A stretch of 64,000 nucleotides of DNA from Lysobacterales bacterium. Its GTDB lineage: Bacteria; Pseudomonadota; Gammaproteobacteria; Xanthomonadales; SZUA-36. Under the pieces are notes generated by a model. It was not told the DNA's origin. It saw only the letters and a list, made by a program, of their open reading frames with translations, and did no database searches. A program made the position numbers and the translations under genes. The DNA lies in NCBI GenBank assembly GCA_029859645.1, contig JAOUCS010000007.1, forward strand, positions 1,740 to 65,739, written 5' to 3'. Shown piece by piece: positions 37,422 to 47,713 of this stretch; positions within the stretch are counted from its first letter, which is position 1, and every line of letters begins with the position of its first letter.

Positions 37422-38182
37422 TCGGATGAGGCCAGGGCTCTTCGGACCCGCTCGAGATCCTCAGCGGTGTCGACTCCGGCCGGAATAAAGTCGACTGCGT
37501 TGGCCAGGACCATGCGGTACCCGGCTTCGAGAAACCGGAGCTGCTCCAGCTTTTCCAGGCCCTCCAGAAATCCCGGCTCCATCCGTGTAAACGCCTTGAG
37601 CGCGCCCACCCGGTAGGCATAGAGGCCCACGTGTCTCTTCCAGCTCGCGCCTCCGGCCACTGCTTCCTCGATGGATTCACCCCGCACGTGAGGAATCACG
37701 GAGCGGCTGAAGTACAAAGCCCGGCCCGAGGCATCCAAAACAACTTTTACGACGTTGCTGTCCGCGATCTCCTCGGCACTCTGGATGGGGTAGTACAGGC
37801 TGGCCGCAGCGGCATCAGGAGTTGCGCTCAACAGTTCAGCGACCTGGTCCAGGCATGCCGCAGGCATCAGCGGCTCGTCACCCTGCAAATTGACGACCAG
37901 CGTCTGCTCGTTCCAGCTCATCCGTTCCACGCATTCTGCCAACCGGTCGCTGCCGCTTTCATGTTCAGCGGAAGTCATCAGCACGTGCGCACCGAAGGCC
38001 TTCGCACGGCTGTGAATCTCTTTCGAGTCAGTGGCAATGATCACCGATGCTGCATTCGCCTCGCAGGCCCTTCGGTACACGTGTTCGATCAGCGTGCGTC
38101 CGCCAATCTCCGCCAAAGGCTTGTTGGGTAGTCTCTGCGAAGCGAGGCGCGCAGGGATAACAATGTGATAGGGACACGTCAT
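37418..38182 (-). CDS. kdsB: 3-deoxy-manno-octulosonate cytidylyltransferase
   Basis: VIPARLASQRLPNKPL and NLQGDEPL motifs. Confidence 0.93.
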   Translation of the reverse strand: MTCPYHIVIPARLASQRLPNKPLAEIGGRTLIEHVYRRACEANAASVIIATDSKEIHSRAKAFGAHVLMTSAEHESGSDRLAECVERMSWNEQTLVVNLQGDEPLMPAACLDQVAELLSATPDAAAASLYYPIQSAEEIADSNVVKVVLDASGRALYFSRSVIPHVRGESIEEAVAGGASWKRHVGLYAYRVGALKAFTRMEPGFLEGLEKLEQLRFLEAGYRMVLANAVDFIPAGVDTAEDLERVRRALASSD

Positions 38183-39198
38183 GAAGAGACCTGTTCTCTG
38201 CGCACTTCACGGGTGGCTTGCTGGAGCAGATTGATTTCCCAATCCCGGGGTAAAACCGCGTCCACCGACAGGAACCAGGCGTTGCTCAATCCCAGGTTTT
38301 TACACTTCACCGCATCTTTTTCCGTCATCAGTATGGGAAGTGCAGGATCCATTTTTTCAAAGTCGGCGGCGGAAAAAATATGGTGGTCCGGAAAAACATG
38401 TTCGATGGTTTTTATCCGGGCCTGATTCAACAGATTGAAAAATCGCGCGGGGTTTCCCACGCCGGCAACCGCATTGGCCTTGCAACCACCAAACTGCGCC
38501 AGCCGCCAGCTCTGCCCGCTTTCCAGCGAGCGCAGCAGGCCCGCCACGAAGGTCATCGAAATGAAGGGCAAGTCGTCGGGAAGGGAGGCCTGTTCGCCGT
38601 TGACTATGATCTGATCGAAAGACCGCAGGCGATTCAATGGTTCCCTTAACGGACCCGCCGGAATCAGGCTGCCATTACCAAAACCCCGGCTGCCATCGAT
38701 CACACAGATTTCCAGCGATCGTGGCAAGCGATAGTGTTGCAGGCCATCGTCCGAAATGATGACATTGATGTCCTGCTGCAATAATTTCCTTGCTGCCTCG
38801 CAGCGGTCGTTCGCGACGATCACGGGCACACCTGCCCGCTGCGCGATCAGTAGGGGTTCATCACCGACCTTACCGGGATCGGAGGCCGGACTGACCAGGC
38901 GCAGACTGCTGTCCTGCCGGCCGTAACCGCGGCTGATGACACCCGGTCGGAAACCTGCTTGCCGCAGGATCTGGCAGAGCCTGATCACCAGTGGGGTCTT
39001 ACCGCTTCCACCTGCCGTGATGTTACCGACAACGATGATAAAAACCGACTTCAGATCTTCCGGCTGGTGCTTCAGCTTCCACCAGCGATCGAGGCGATTG
39101 CCTGCCTTGTATAGAGGCACCAGCGCCCTCAGCCACCAGGGAGCGGGCTGATTTTCATACCAGATCGCGTTCAGTCTGGCTTCGATTCCGGTACGCAT
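38179..39198 (-). CDS. lpxK: Tetraacyldisaccharide 4'-kinase
   Basis: VGNITAGGSGKTP P-loop and ISRGYG motif. Confidence 0.93.
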   Translation of the reverse strand: MRTGIEARLNAIWYENQPAPWWLRALVPLYKAGNRLDRWWKLKHQPEDLKSVFIIVVGNITAGGSGKTPLVIRLCQILRQAGFRPGVISRGYGRQDSSLRLVSPASDPGKVGDEPLLIAQRAGVPVIVANDRCEAARKLLQQDINVIISDDGLQHYRLPRSLEICVIDGSRGFGNGSLIPAGPLREPLNRLRSFDQIIVNGEQASLPDDLPFISMTFVAGLLRSLESGQSWRLAQFGGCKANAVAGVGNPARFFNLLNQARIKTIEHVFPDHHIFSAADFEKMDPALPILMTEKDAVKCKNLGLSNAWFLSVDAVLPRDWEINLLQQATREVRREQVSS

Positions 39199-40952
39199 GC
39201 GTCATCTCTGAACTGGGTGCGATATAACCTGGCATACGCCTGGTCCCTGGCAAGCAGTTCGTCATGTGTGCCCGTTTCAACGACCCTGCCCTGCTCCAGC
39301 ACAATGACCTGGTCGGCATTTTCAATAGTGGACAGGCGATGTGCAATAACCAGCGTGGTCCGGTGCTTGACGACTTCCGATAACGCCTCCTGGATGACAC
39401 GTTCCGATTCGGTGTCAAGCGCGGAAGTGGCCTCATCAAGGATCATGACGGGAGAATCTTTCAACAGCGCCCTGGCGATTGCGATGCGCTGGCGCTGGCC
39501 GCCTGAGAGCAGCACTCCGTTTTCGCCGACCAGTGTGTCCAGCCCGTTCGGCAGCTGAGTGATAAATTCCATTGCATGCGCCTGGGTCGCGGCTTTTTCA
39601 ATCTCCTCACGGGTTTTACCGGCCAGCGAACCGTAAGCGATATTGCCGGCCACGGTGTCATTGAACAGCATCACCTGCTGGCTCACCAGCGACACATGGC
39701 TGCGCAGATTATCCAGTGAATAATCGGCGAGCTCGTGCCCGTCAAGCGTTATGTGACCCTGGTAGTCTGTATAAAATCGGGGCAGCAGTCCCGCAAGCGT
39801 GGTTTTACCGCTGCCTGAGCGCCCCACCAGCGCGGTGACCGTGCCCGCCGGCATGGTGAAACTGATGTTGCTCAAGACCGGTTTCTCACTCGAAGCATAG
39901 CCAAAACTGACGTCTTGAAACTCGATATCACCCCTGACCGTTGGAACCGAGTAAGTACCCATATTGACCTCGGGCTCCGTGTCCAGTACCTGGAAAATAC
40001 TGTCAGCAGCGGCGATGCCCCTTTGGATTTGAGATTGCACACTGGTCATGCGCTTCAGCGGCGGGATAGAAGCGATCATCGCTGTGAAGATGGCCGTAAA
40101 AGTGCCTGCTGATATCTCGTTGAGCATGGCAGGCCGGGTGGCGATCAGCATCAACATCACCAGCGCCAGTCCGGCAGCCAGCTGCAGCAGCGAGGAACCC
40201 GCAAGATGGGTCGCCCGCATACGCATATGCAATCGCCGGGTTTTTTCATTGGCCCGGTGGAAACGTTCCTTTTCAGCCTCCTGTCCCTGGAACACCTTGA
40301 TGACCTGCTGCCCCACGACCGCTTCTTCGGTGACATGGGATACATTGCCCATCATATTTTGAATCCGGTGGGATATTTTTCTGAATCGTCGGCTGATGAC
40401 AGAGACCATCAGACCAACGACGGGCACCAGTATCAGCATCACCAGGGTCAGCCGCGCGCTGGTAATGATCATGACACTCAGCAGGAAAATGATCAGCATG
40501 ACGTCCCGGATGGCTGCAACGACCGAATGGGTTGCCGCTTGAGCCACCTGTTCGCTGTTATAAGCGAGCTTCGAGATCAACTCGCCGGAGCTGTGCGTAT
40601 CGAAAAAGGTTGCCGGCAGGGAAACATAACGGTCGAACAGTTCCTGACGCAGGTCGGCGATGATCCGGCGCCCGACCCATTCCATGCCGTACATACCCAC
40701 GAAATTTCCCAGCATGCGAATCATCGCAATCAGGAAAATGAGCCCCGCCAGCAACATGCCATAGTCCGAATCCTTGCCAACAAAGACCCGGTCAATCAGT
40801 GGCTCCATGCCCTTGATGAAAATCGCCTGGGTGCTCGCATCGACGCTGACGCCGGCAATCCCCAGCAGGAACATCCATCGATAACGCCGCGTATAGCCCC
40901 ATAGCCGCTTGTAAACGACTAGCGGTTCGCTGGATGTTTCAAAATCCGCCAT
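39171..40952 (-). CDS. msbA: Lipid A export ATP-binding/permease protein
   Basis: Six-TM domain plus ABC NBD (GRSGSGKTT, LSGGQRQRIAIARA), with lpxK as neighbour. Confidence 0.9.
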   Translation of the reverse strand: MADFETSSEPLVVYKRLWGYTRRYRWMFLLGIAGVSVDASTQAIFIKGMEPLIDRVFVGKDSDYGMLLAGLIFLIAMIRMLGNFVGMYGMEWVGRRIIADLRQELFDRYVSLPATFFDTHSSGELISKLAYNSEQVAQAATHSVVAAIRDVMLIIFLLSVMIITSARLTLVMLILVPVVGLMVSVISRRFRKISHRIQNMMGNVSHVTEEAVVGQQVIKVFQGQEAEKERFHRANEKTRRLHMRMRATHLAGSSLLQLAAGLALVMLMLIATRPAMLNEISAGTFTAIFTAMIASIPPLKRMTSVQSQIQRGIAAADSIFQVLDTEPEVNMGTYSVPTVRGDIEFQDVSFGYASSEKPVLSNISFTMPAGTVTALVGRSGSGKTTLAGLLPRFYTDYQGHITLDGHELADYSLDNLRSHVSLVSQQVMLFNDTVAGNIAYGSLAGKTREEIEKAATQAHAMEFITQLPNGLDTLVGENGVLLSGGQRQRIAIARALLKDSPVMILDEATSALDTESERVIQEALSEVVKHRTTLVIAHRLSTIENADQVIVLEQGRVVETGTHDELLARDQAYARLYRTQFRDDACVPESKPD

Positions 40953-40955
40953 GGT

Positions 40956-41375
40956 TTACCCGTCGCTGCGGTCGGTGGCAATGGACAGGTTCATAAAGCC
41001 AAGCTGTGCAGCGACATCCATTGCCGTAACAACGTGGTGATGAGGTGTCTGGCGATCGGCCCTTAAAATGAGTGGGATATTCCGGTTTTCTCCGGCAGCC
41101 TGCTCGATGGCTGCCCGGATGGTCCTGGCTTCACTGTCAATCAGTCTCTGGTTGTTGAGGAACATGCGTCCCTCGTTATCGATAACCAGCTCCAGGCTGT
41201 CGGGGGTCTCCGCCCGGTCTTCCACGACGCTTGCCTCCGGCAGGTCTACTTTCAGCAGAGCCTGCCGTTCGAACGTTGTGCTGACCATGAAAAAAATGAG
41301 CAAGAGGAAAACGACATCGATCAGCGAAGTCAGGTCTACGGTCGGCTCTTCCTTGATGTGATGCTGCAGCTTCAA
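40956..41375 (-). CDS. exbD: Biopolymer transport protein ExbD/TolR family
   Basis: 139 aa. LIDVVFLLLIFFMV is the ExbD TM signature. Confidence 0.88.
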   Translation of the reverse strand: MKLQHHIKEEPTVDLTSLIDVVFLLLIFFMVSTTFERQALLKVDLPEASVVEDRAETPDSLELVIDNEGRMFLNNQRLIDSEARTIRAAIEQAAGENRNIPLILRADRQTPHHHVVTAMDVAAQLGFMNLSIATDRSDG

Positions 41376-41378
41376 CTT

Positions 41379-42017
41379 TCAGCCTCCCGGAATACCGGAC
41401 CTGAGCTGTGCGACATTGCCACGGTCGATCGCTTCAATCAGGTTGATGGCCTGCTCTTCCATGGATACCACGTATGCTTCGACCTTGCCCTTGAAAAAAC
41501 GGTAAAAGAAAAAACTGGGGATGGCGACAGTTAACCCTGCAGCGGTGGTGATCAGGGCCTCGGATATGCCGCCGGCCAATTGGTTGGCATTGCCGACACC
41601 ATGCGCAAGTATGGCTGAAAACACCTTGATCATGCCGATAACCGTTCCCAGCAAACCCAGCAACGGAGAGATACCGGCAATGGTGCCCAGCGTATTGAGA
41701 AATCGCTCCAACCGGTAAACGACGTGCCGGCCCGTGTCTTCAACGGCCTCCTTGATCAGGTCCCGCGACCGGTGCCTGTTGACCAGTGCGGCGGCCAGCA
41801 CCCTGCCAAGGGCCGATCCGGATCTCAATTGATCGATGTGGCGGCGGTCAAGTTCGTGCCGGGCGGCCCATTGTTCGACCTGCTGGCCCAGCCCCTGCGG
41901 AACCACATTTTCGCGCCGCAATGCCCAGGACCTTTCGGCAATAATGGTCAAAGACAGGATGGAGCATAAAATAATCGGGGCCATCAGCCAGCCACCAGCA
42001 AGGATAATTTCCAGCAC
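41379..42017 (-). CDS. exbB: MotA/TolQ/ExbB proton-channel family protein
   Basis: 212 aa. LGLLGTVIGMI and ALITTAAGL motifs. Confidence 0.88.
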   Translation of the reverse strand: MLEIILAGGWLMAPIILCSILSLTIIAERSWALRRENVVPQGLGQQVEQWAARHELDRRHIDQLRSGSALGRVLAAALVNRHRSRDLIKEAVEDTGRHVVYRLERFLNTLGTIAGISPLLGLLGTVIGMIKVFSAILAHGVGNANQLAGGISEALITTAAGLTVAIPSFFFYRFFKGKVEAYVVSMEEQAINLIEAIDRGNVAQLRSGIPGG

Positions 42018-42073
42018 GTTTCATCACTCCATTGACCGAGAGTCCAAATGATACCTAAGGTGATATGAAGTCG

Positions 42074-44392
42074 CTACGGGCAATTAGCCGCAACCGGCCA
42101 GCGCCAGGCGCGATTCCTTACCCGCCGGGCGCTCGTAGCGCGATAACTTCCATCCGCATTGATCATAATCCGAATGGCGCCACATTCACCGGTAGACCAG
42201 AAGTCTGAACCTGTCCTCACATATCGGGAACGCACTTCCGGACGTGGAAAATCGAAACGGTTACCAAGCCCCGCAGTAGCAATAGCGGCCCTGGGCGCCA
42301 GGCGCTGTATGAAAGGAAAGCTCGAGGAGGACTTGCTGCCATGGTGTGGCACCAGAACCAGGCTGTGAGGTTGAATACCGTCAAGAATCAGCCGGTTTTC
42401 AATGCTACTCGAAATGTCCCCGCTCAACAGAACCCGGTATTGCCCGCTACTGACACTGAGTACACAGGAACTGTCATTTCCCAGGTAGGGCAGGCCTGGC
42501 CCGGGATGGAGCACGCGAAATTGCACTCCGCTCCAAGACCAGTTGTAAGGTGCGACGCAGGGTGAAACTGCCTGCAACGAACGGGTCAGGTTTCCGAGGT
42601 ACGCCGCCTCGTGGAATCTGCTCAACAAGCTGCCGAGGCCGCCTGCATGATCCAGGTCGGCGTGGCTGATAATGACGTGTTCCAGGCTGTCCGCACCACG
42701 CACTGCCAGGGCGGGGGAAATTACGCTGTTGACCAGGTCATATCCCTGGCCGTCGCCCGGACCCGAGTCATACAACATGGTCTGTCCAGCAACGCTCAGA
42801 ACCACGGCAGTACCCTGCCCTGCGTCCAGCACCTCCATCTCAAGTTCACCCGGCCCAGTGCGGTTACCGGCAGGGATAAAAAGCGGCGTCACGAGAAACA
42901 GGCCCATCCAGCGAATTGGCAGGCCCGGAGGCAACCACAGAAAAAGCGCGCCTGCCAGGGCCAGCAACACCTGCATCCTGCTCGGTGGTGCCAGCATGGG
43001 CAACTCCCCCTGCAATCGATCAATCCACTCAAGTGCGGCAAATAGCAGCGACGAGGCCTCTCCGGCAAAAGTCCAGAGCAAGCCCGTGGCCAACTCGGAT
43101 ATTGGCGACAAAACCAACCCGACCAGTACCGGCGGCACGATCATCAGGCTGACCCAGGGTATGGCAAACAGGTTGGCCAGGAATGCAGAGGGTGAGAATG
43201 AAAAGAACAACATGGCGGTGACGGGCAGTAAGGTCACAATCACTGCAGTTTGTGCCAGCAGTGCAGTTTTGAACCCTCCGAGCTCGCCGGTGCGCGGCAG
43301 AAACGCGGTCAGCAAAGCGGCGACTGCGATGAAACTGAACCAGAAGCCGGCGTTCAGCGGAGCGAACGAATCCGTCAGCACGATTACCGTCAGGCTGATC
43401 AACCAGGCGCGAAACGGGTGAATGGTTCTTGCCAGAAGCACCGCCAGCAAGGCCGTGAACAACATCAACACGGAGCGAACCGTTGGGGTGCCGAATCCCG
43501 CGAGCGCGGAATAAAGAGACGCGCTCAGCAGGCCGGCGCCAACCAGCACAGGAAGCGAAACGCGCAACAGCAGCCTGCCAGGGAGCGGCCACAGCAGCAG
43601 CCGGCCGAGCCACATCCCGCCCGCTGCTGCCAGAGCGATATGTAAACCCGATATTGCCAGCAAATGTGAAGTGCCGGTCGCGGCAAGCAGTCGTTTATCT
43701 TCACTGCTGATCGCCGACCGATCCGCGGTTGCCAGCGCCTGCACGATCCCCAATTGACGTGAACCTGAAAGGTATCCAGCCACGGTTCGGATCACCGACG
43801 CTCGTGCCCTGTCTGCTGAAAAGCGCCATCGTGGATCGACTCCTTGCAGTTCGCCATCATAAGCCGTGGCGATCGCACCGACCCCATTGGCGAAGAACCA
43901 GCGTTCCTGGTCGGGACCCTGGAAATTGACCCGGCCCCAGGGCGGTTTGAGTTTCAGACGCAGTTGCCAGCTTTGTCCAACATGAAGTTCTGGCCATGAT
44001 CTGAACCAGTAAACCAGTAACTTACCGGGTAACGCCAAATCCTGAAATTCCGGGTCGGGCTCGAACTGGAACCTGGCATAGTCATCGGTAAAAGTGGGAA
44101 TGGAAGAAACCGTTCCCTGCACTTCCAGCACCCCGCCGGCAAGCGCTCCATCGAGCCGGTCAGCGAGCCGGGAGTCAATTTGAAAGAGGGTCCAGCAAAA
44201 AGCCAGCAACGCCAGTGAAACCATCCGGAAACGGTTGGTGACCAGGCCATACAGGCCGCCGCATGCCAGAAATGCCAGCAGCCATAGAGGTAATGACTGA
44301 TTGATCAGGTGTGCCGAGAGCGCGCCCGAGAGCAGGCAGACCGGGAGCAGCCATCCGCCCGGCTGCGCTTTCAATCCAGGTTCTGAAGACAC
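42074..44392 (-). CDS. comEC: DNA internalization-related competence protein ComEC/Rec2
   Basis: Polytopic competence domain plus a C-terminal MBL domain (VLDAGQGTA, SHADLDHAGG). Confidence 0.9.
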   Translation of the reverse strand: MSSEPGLKAQPGGWLLPVCLLSGALSAHLINQSLPLWLLAFLACGGLYGLVTNRFRMVSLALLAFCWTLFQIDSRLADRLDGALAGGVLEVQGTVSSIPTFTDDYARFQFEPDPEFQDLALPGKLLVYWFRSWPELHVGQSWQLRLKLKPPWGRVNFQGPDQERWFFANGVGAIATAYDGELQGVDPRWRFSADRARASVIRTVAGYLSGSRQLGIVQALATADRSAISSEDKRLLAATGTSHLLAISGLHIALAAAGGMWLGRLLLWPLPGRLLLRVSLPVLVGAGLLSASLYSALAGFGTPTVRSVLMLFTALLAVLLARTIHPFRAWLISLTVIVLTDSFAPLNAGFWFSFIAVAALLTAFLPRTGELGGFKTALLAQTAVIVTLLPVTAMLFFSFSPSAFLANLFAIPWVSLMIVPPVLVGLVLSPISELATGLLWTFAGEASSLLFAALEWIDRLQGELPMLAPPSRMQVLLALAGALFLWLPPGLPIRWMGLFLVTPLFIPAGNRTGPGELEMEVLDAGQGTAVVLSVAGQTMLYDSGPGDGQGYDLVNSVISPALAVRGADSLEHVIISHADLDHAGGLGSLLSRFHEAAYLGNLTRSLQAVSPCVAPYNWSWSGVQFRVLHPGPGLPYLGNDSSCVLSVSSGQYRVLLSGDISSSIENRLILDGIQPHSLVLVPHHGSKSSSSFPFIQRLAPRAAIATAGLGNRFDFPRPEVRSRYVRTGSDFWSTGECGAIRIMINADGSYRATSARRVRNRAWRWPVAANCP

Positions 44393-45063
44393 CCCATTCG
44401 CAATTCCAGCTGACGGTCCATTCGCGACGCCAGGCGCTTGTCGTGAGTGACCAGTAACAGGCTGGTTTCGAGTTCCTGGTTGAGTTCCAGCATCAGGCCA
44501 TAGACGTGATCTGCGGTACGCTCATCGAGGTTGCCGGTAGGCTCGTCACCCAGCACTACCCGGGGATTTCCCACCAGCGCCCTGGCGACGGCCGCGCGTT
44601 GCCGCTCACCTCCGGACAACTCCCCTGGCTTATGGGTCAGTCGTTCCGACATCCCGACTCTCCCAAGCAGTTCGGCGGCCCTGTCACGAGCTGCTGCGGT
44701 GTCTTCCCCGCGAATCAACAACGGCATCGCCACGTTCTCGAGGGCCGTGAACTCGGGTAGCAGATGGTGAAATTGATATACGAAGCCCAGTTCCCGGTTC
44801 CTGGCGTTGCTCCGGTCTGCTGCCTTCATACTCCAGATGGACAGATTATTGATCAGTACTTCACCCTGGTCGGGCCGATCCAGACCACCCAGGATGTGGA
44901 GCAAGGTGCTTTTTCCCGCACCGGAAGCCCCGACAATCGCGAGAGACTCACCCGGCGCCAGCTTCATGTCGACGCTTTCAAGCACCCGAACCTCCCTGGG
45001 CCCCTGGTGAAACGTTTTGCTTACGCCCCTTGCCTCGAGTACGTTTGCCCGGCGTTCACTCAT
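44371..45063 (-). CDS. lolD: Lipoprotein-releasing system ATP-binding protein
   Basis: ABC NBD (GASGAGKST, LSGGERQRAAVARA). It overlaps the upstream lolC/E-type permease gene. Confidence 0.9.
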   Translation of the reverse strand: MSERRANVLEARGVSKTFHQGPREVRVLESVDMKLAPGESLAIVGASGAGKSTLLHILGGLDRPDQGEVLINNLSIWSMKAADRSNARNRELGFVYQFHHLLPEFTALENVAMPLLIRGEDTAAARDRAAELLGRVGMSERLTHKPGELSGGERQRAAVARALVGNPRVVLGDEPTGNLDERTADHVYGLMLELNQELETSLLLVTHDKRLASRMDRQLELRMGCLQNLD

Positions 45064-46303
45064 AGCTTAAAGCCTCCGCCGGCCGTGTCCGAGCCGCACG
45101 CCAGGACGGGTATATCGTAGACAGCAGCGACATCGTCAGTGACATCAGTGCGAACTTGATGACGTCTGAACTTTGTAGGTCGGACGGCAACTCCGTGATG
45201 TAGTAGATATCCGATGGAAAAAGGCTGAAACCGAACAGGCTCTCAAGAAAGGGAACCACCAGGCCGATGTTCTGTGCCAGAAGGATGCCGCCAATGACTC
45301 CCAGAATGGTTCCGATAACGCCAATCACGCTGCCCTGGATCACGAATATCCGCATGATGGTTCCAGGACGAGCACCCATGGTCTTGAGAATAGCGATATC
45401 CGATTGCTTATCGGTGACCACCATTACCAGCATGGAAATGATATTGAATGCCGCCACCGCGATGATCAGCGAGAGAATGACCCACATGACGGTCTTTTCC
45501 GTACGAACCGCCTGAAACAGATTACCGCGTTCCTGGGTCCAGTCGCGAACCGAATAGTAGCCAGGCATCGTTGCTGATATTTCCCGGGCGACTCGCCAGG
45601 CCTGATACATGTCCTGCAGATGCAGACGAACTCCGCCGATGGACCCCTGTGGCATGCGCAACAGCTTTGCCGCATCCTCGATATGCACCAGTGCCAGGGT
45701 GGAGTCGTTTTCAAACTCGCCGAATTCGAAGGCGCCGACGACCGTGAATCGGCGCATCAGCGGACTCGCCCCAACCGGTGTTGCTTTCAGCCTTGGAGCA
45801 ATGACGGTTACACGGTCGCCCGGGCCGACGCGCAGCCTGGAGGCCAGACCGATACCCAGGATGATCCCGTACTCACCGGGCCGAAGTTCATCCAGAGAAC
45901 CACTGAGCATTTTACGGTCGACTTCGGACACACGCGGTTCGAAAGCGGGATTTACGCCACGAATGAAGGCCCCGGACGACTCCACACCCTGTAACCACAC
46001 ACCCTCCTCGATGTAAGGGGCGGCTCCATCGACTTCCGGGTGCTGTTCAACTTTCTCGATGACGCTGCGCCATTCCATCACCGAGCCATCGGCCGGTTGG
46101 ATGGTGGCATGCGCAATCGCGCCGAGGATCCGTGCCCGCAATTCTTTCTCGAAACCGTTCATGACTGAAATGACGGTGATCAGCGTGGTCACTCCCAAAG
46201 CGATCCCCAGCATCGAGGTAAGCGAGATGAATGAAATGAAGTGATTTCGCCTTTTCGCGCGAACGTAACGCAGACCGATAAAGGCTTCGAGTGGCTTATA
46301 CAT
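45056..46303 (-). CDS. lolC: Lipoprotein-releasing system transmembrane protein (LolC/LolE/LolF family)
   Basis: MacB-like FtsX permease with a large periplasmic loop. The N-terminus is FIGLRYVRAKRRNHFISFIS. Confidence 0.88.
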   Translation of the reverse strand: MYKPLEAFIGLRYVRAKRRNHFISFISLTSMLGIALGVTTLITVISVMNGFEKELRARILGAIAHATIQPADGSVMEWRSVIEKVEQHPEVDGAAPYIEEGVWLQGVESSGAFIRGVNPAFEPRVSEVDRKMLSGSLDELRPGEYGIILGIGLASRLRVGPGDRVTVIAPRLKATPVGASPLMRRFTVVGAFEFGEFENDSTLALVHIEDAAKLLRMPQGSIGGVRLHLQDMYQAWRVAREISATMPGYYSVRDWTQERGNLFQAVRTEKTVMWVILSLIIAVAAFNIISMLVMVVTDKQSDIAILKTMGARPGTIMRIFVIQGSVIGVIGTILGVIGGILLAQNIGLVVPFLESLFGFSLFPSDIYYITELPSDLQSSDVIKFALMSLTMSLLSTIYPSWRAARTRPAEALSYE

Positions 46304-46373
46304 CGAGCGAATTAGATCACAGCCCGCCGGCCATCACCAGCAGCCGGGCAGTCGAACTTTGTAGGAGAATGGA

Positions 46374-47312
46374 TCATGTTTCCTGTTCATCCAGAATTTT
46401 TCGTAAATTCAACGGCAGAGGCGCGTCGAAGACATGTGATATACCAGTGGGCATGGTGAATCCGAGGCGATGAGCATGCAGAAAAACCCGTTTGAGCCCT
46501 CGTTTCTTCCATGTTCTGACAGATTCCTTGTCTGCATAACGGCCATCACCAGCCAATGCCATGCCCAGGTGCTTGGCGTGCGCTCTGATTTGGTGTGTAC
46601 GTCCGGTAAAAAGTTCAACTTCCACGTAGCTGGCATCCCGGTAGGCCTGCAACAGGCGAAAGCGGCTCAGGGCCGGTTTTCCGTCCGCACAGACTTCCAC
46701 CACACCTTGTCTCTCCCCCTGTATTTTTTTCAGCGGCGCGTCTACCTCGATCACGGGCTCGGGCATCCTGCCGTTCAGCAGGCACAAATAGCGTTTCTCC
46801 ACTTTTCCTTCACGAAATTGCGTGGCGAGCCAGTTCAGGGCTGAACCATTCCTGGCCAGAACGAGACAGCCGCTGGTTTCCCGGTCCAGCCGATGGACCA
46901 GTTCCAGGTACTCTCCTGGCCGCTTGTTTCGCAGGACATCGATCAAACCCCAGGGCAGCCCGCTACCGGAATGTACCGCCATACCGGATGGCTTGTTGAT
47001 GACGAGGAAATCGGCATCCTCGTGCAGGATCGCTTCTTCAACCTGCTCGCTGACGGACTCGGAAATGAAGGCTTCTCCGGCTTGCCGGGTATGGGCGGGT
47101 GGGATCCTGACCTGGTCACCAGCGTCGAGCCGGCTCGCGGCTTTACAACGTTTTCCGTTGATCCGGACCTGCCCGGTGCGGATCATCCGATAAATCGCAG
47201 ATTTGGGCACGCCTTTTAATTGGTTCAGCAGAAAATTGTCCAGGCGCTGTCCTGTGCGGTTCCGGTCAACGGTAACCGCGTGCACGCCAGACTTGTTGTG
47301 TGTTTTGGACAT
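46374..47312 (-). CDS. rluC: 23S rRNA pseudouridine synthase C
   Basis: S4 domain (RLDNFL), catalytic HRLDRETSG and a position divergent from rne. The ORF is open to 47345. Confidence 0.88.
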   Translation of the reverse strand: MSKTHNKSGVHAVTVDRNRTGQRLDNFLLNQLKGVPKSAIYRMIRTGQVRINGKRCKAASRLDAGDQVRIPPAHTRQAGEAFISESVSEQVEEAILHEDADFLVINKPSGMAVHSGSGLPWGLIDVLRNKRPGEYLELVHRLDRETSGCLVLARNGSALNWLATQFREGKVEKRYLCLLNGRMPEPVIEVDAPLKKIQGERQGVVEVCADGKPALSRFRLLQAYRDASYVEVELFTGRTHQIRAHAKHLGMALAGDGRYADKESVRTWKKRGLKRVFLHAHRLGFTMPTGISHVFDAPLPLNLRKILDEQET

Positions 47313-47345
47313 CGCCGCCAACTCATTGATAGAACGCAGAAACAC

Positions 47346-47713
47346 TGTTATATTACAGCGCTCCGGAGTTCCGCGCGCTGGTTGAGATAAAACATCATAT
47401 CGATCTATACCCCAGCCGACGATCTAAAAGCGTATGTATCGTTCAGAATTTCTGCACGAGAGAACACCAGAATCGATTTGGATCCATCCGACGAACGAGG
47501 ATGACCGAGGAATCAACCGGAATATTGAATCATTGTGGCAGCCAAGGAGGCTGTCACGCAGGACCAACCGGCAAATCCGGCTGGCGAAAAAAATTATTGG
47601 CAAGCCTGGCACACCCTCTTAGACAGGGGCTGGGAACACGAATCGCGTAACAGCAGGGCTACAAGTCGCTGCCAGCCTTACGTGTTCAGGCCAGGACGCC
47701 TGAGGAATACAAA
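47346..47713 (+). promoter_or_regulatory. rne promoter and long 5' leader (candidate autoregulatory RNase E leader)
   Basis: About 370-400 nt of non-coding DNA lies between divergent rluC and rne, as in enterobacteria where the rne 5' UTR mediates feedback control. I did not model the structure. Confidence 0.45.
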
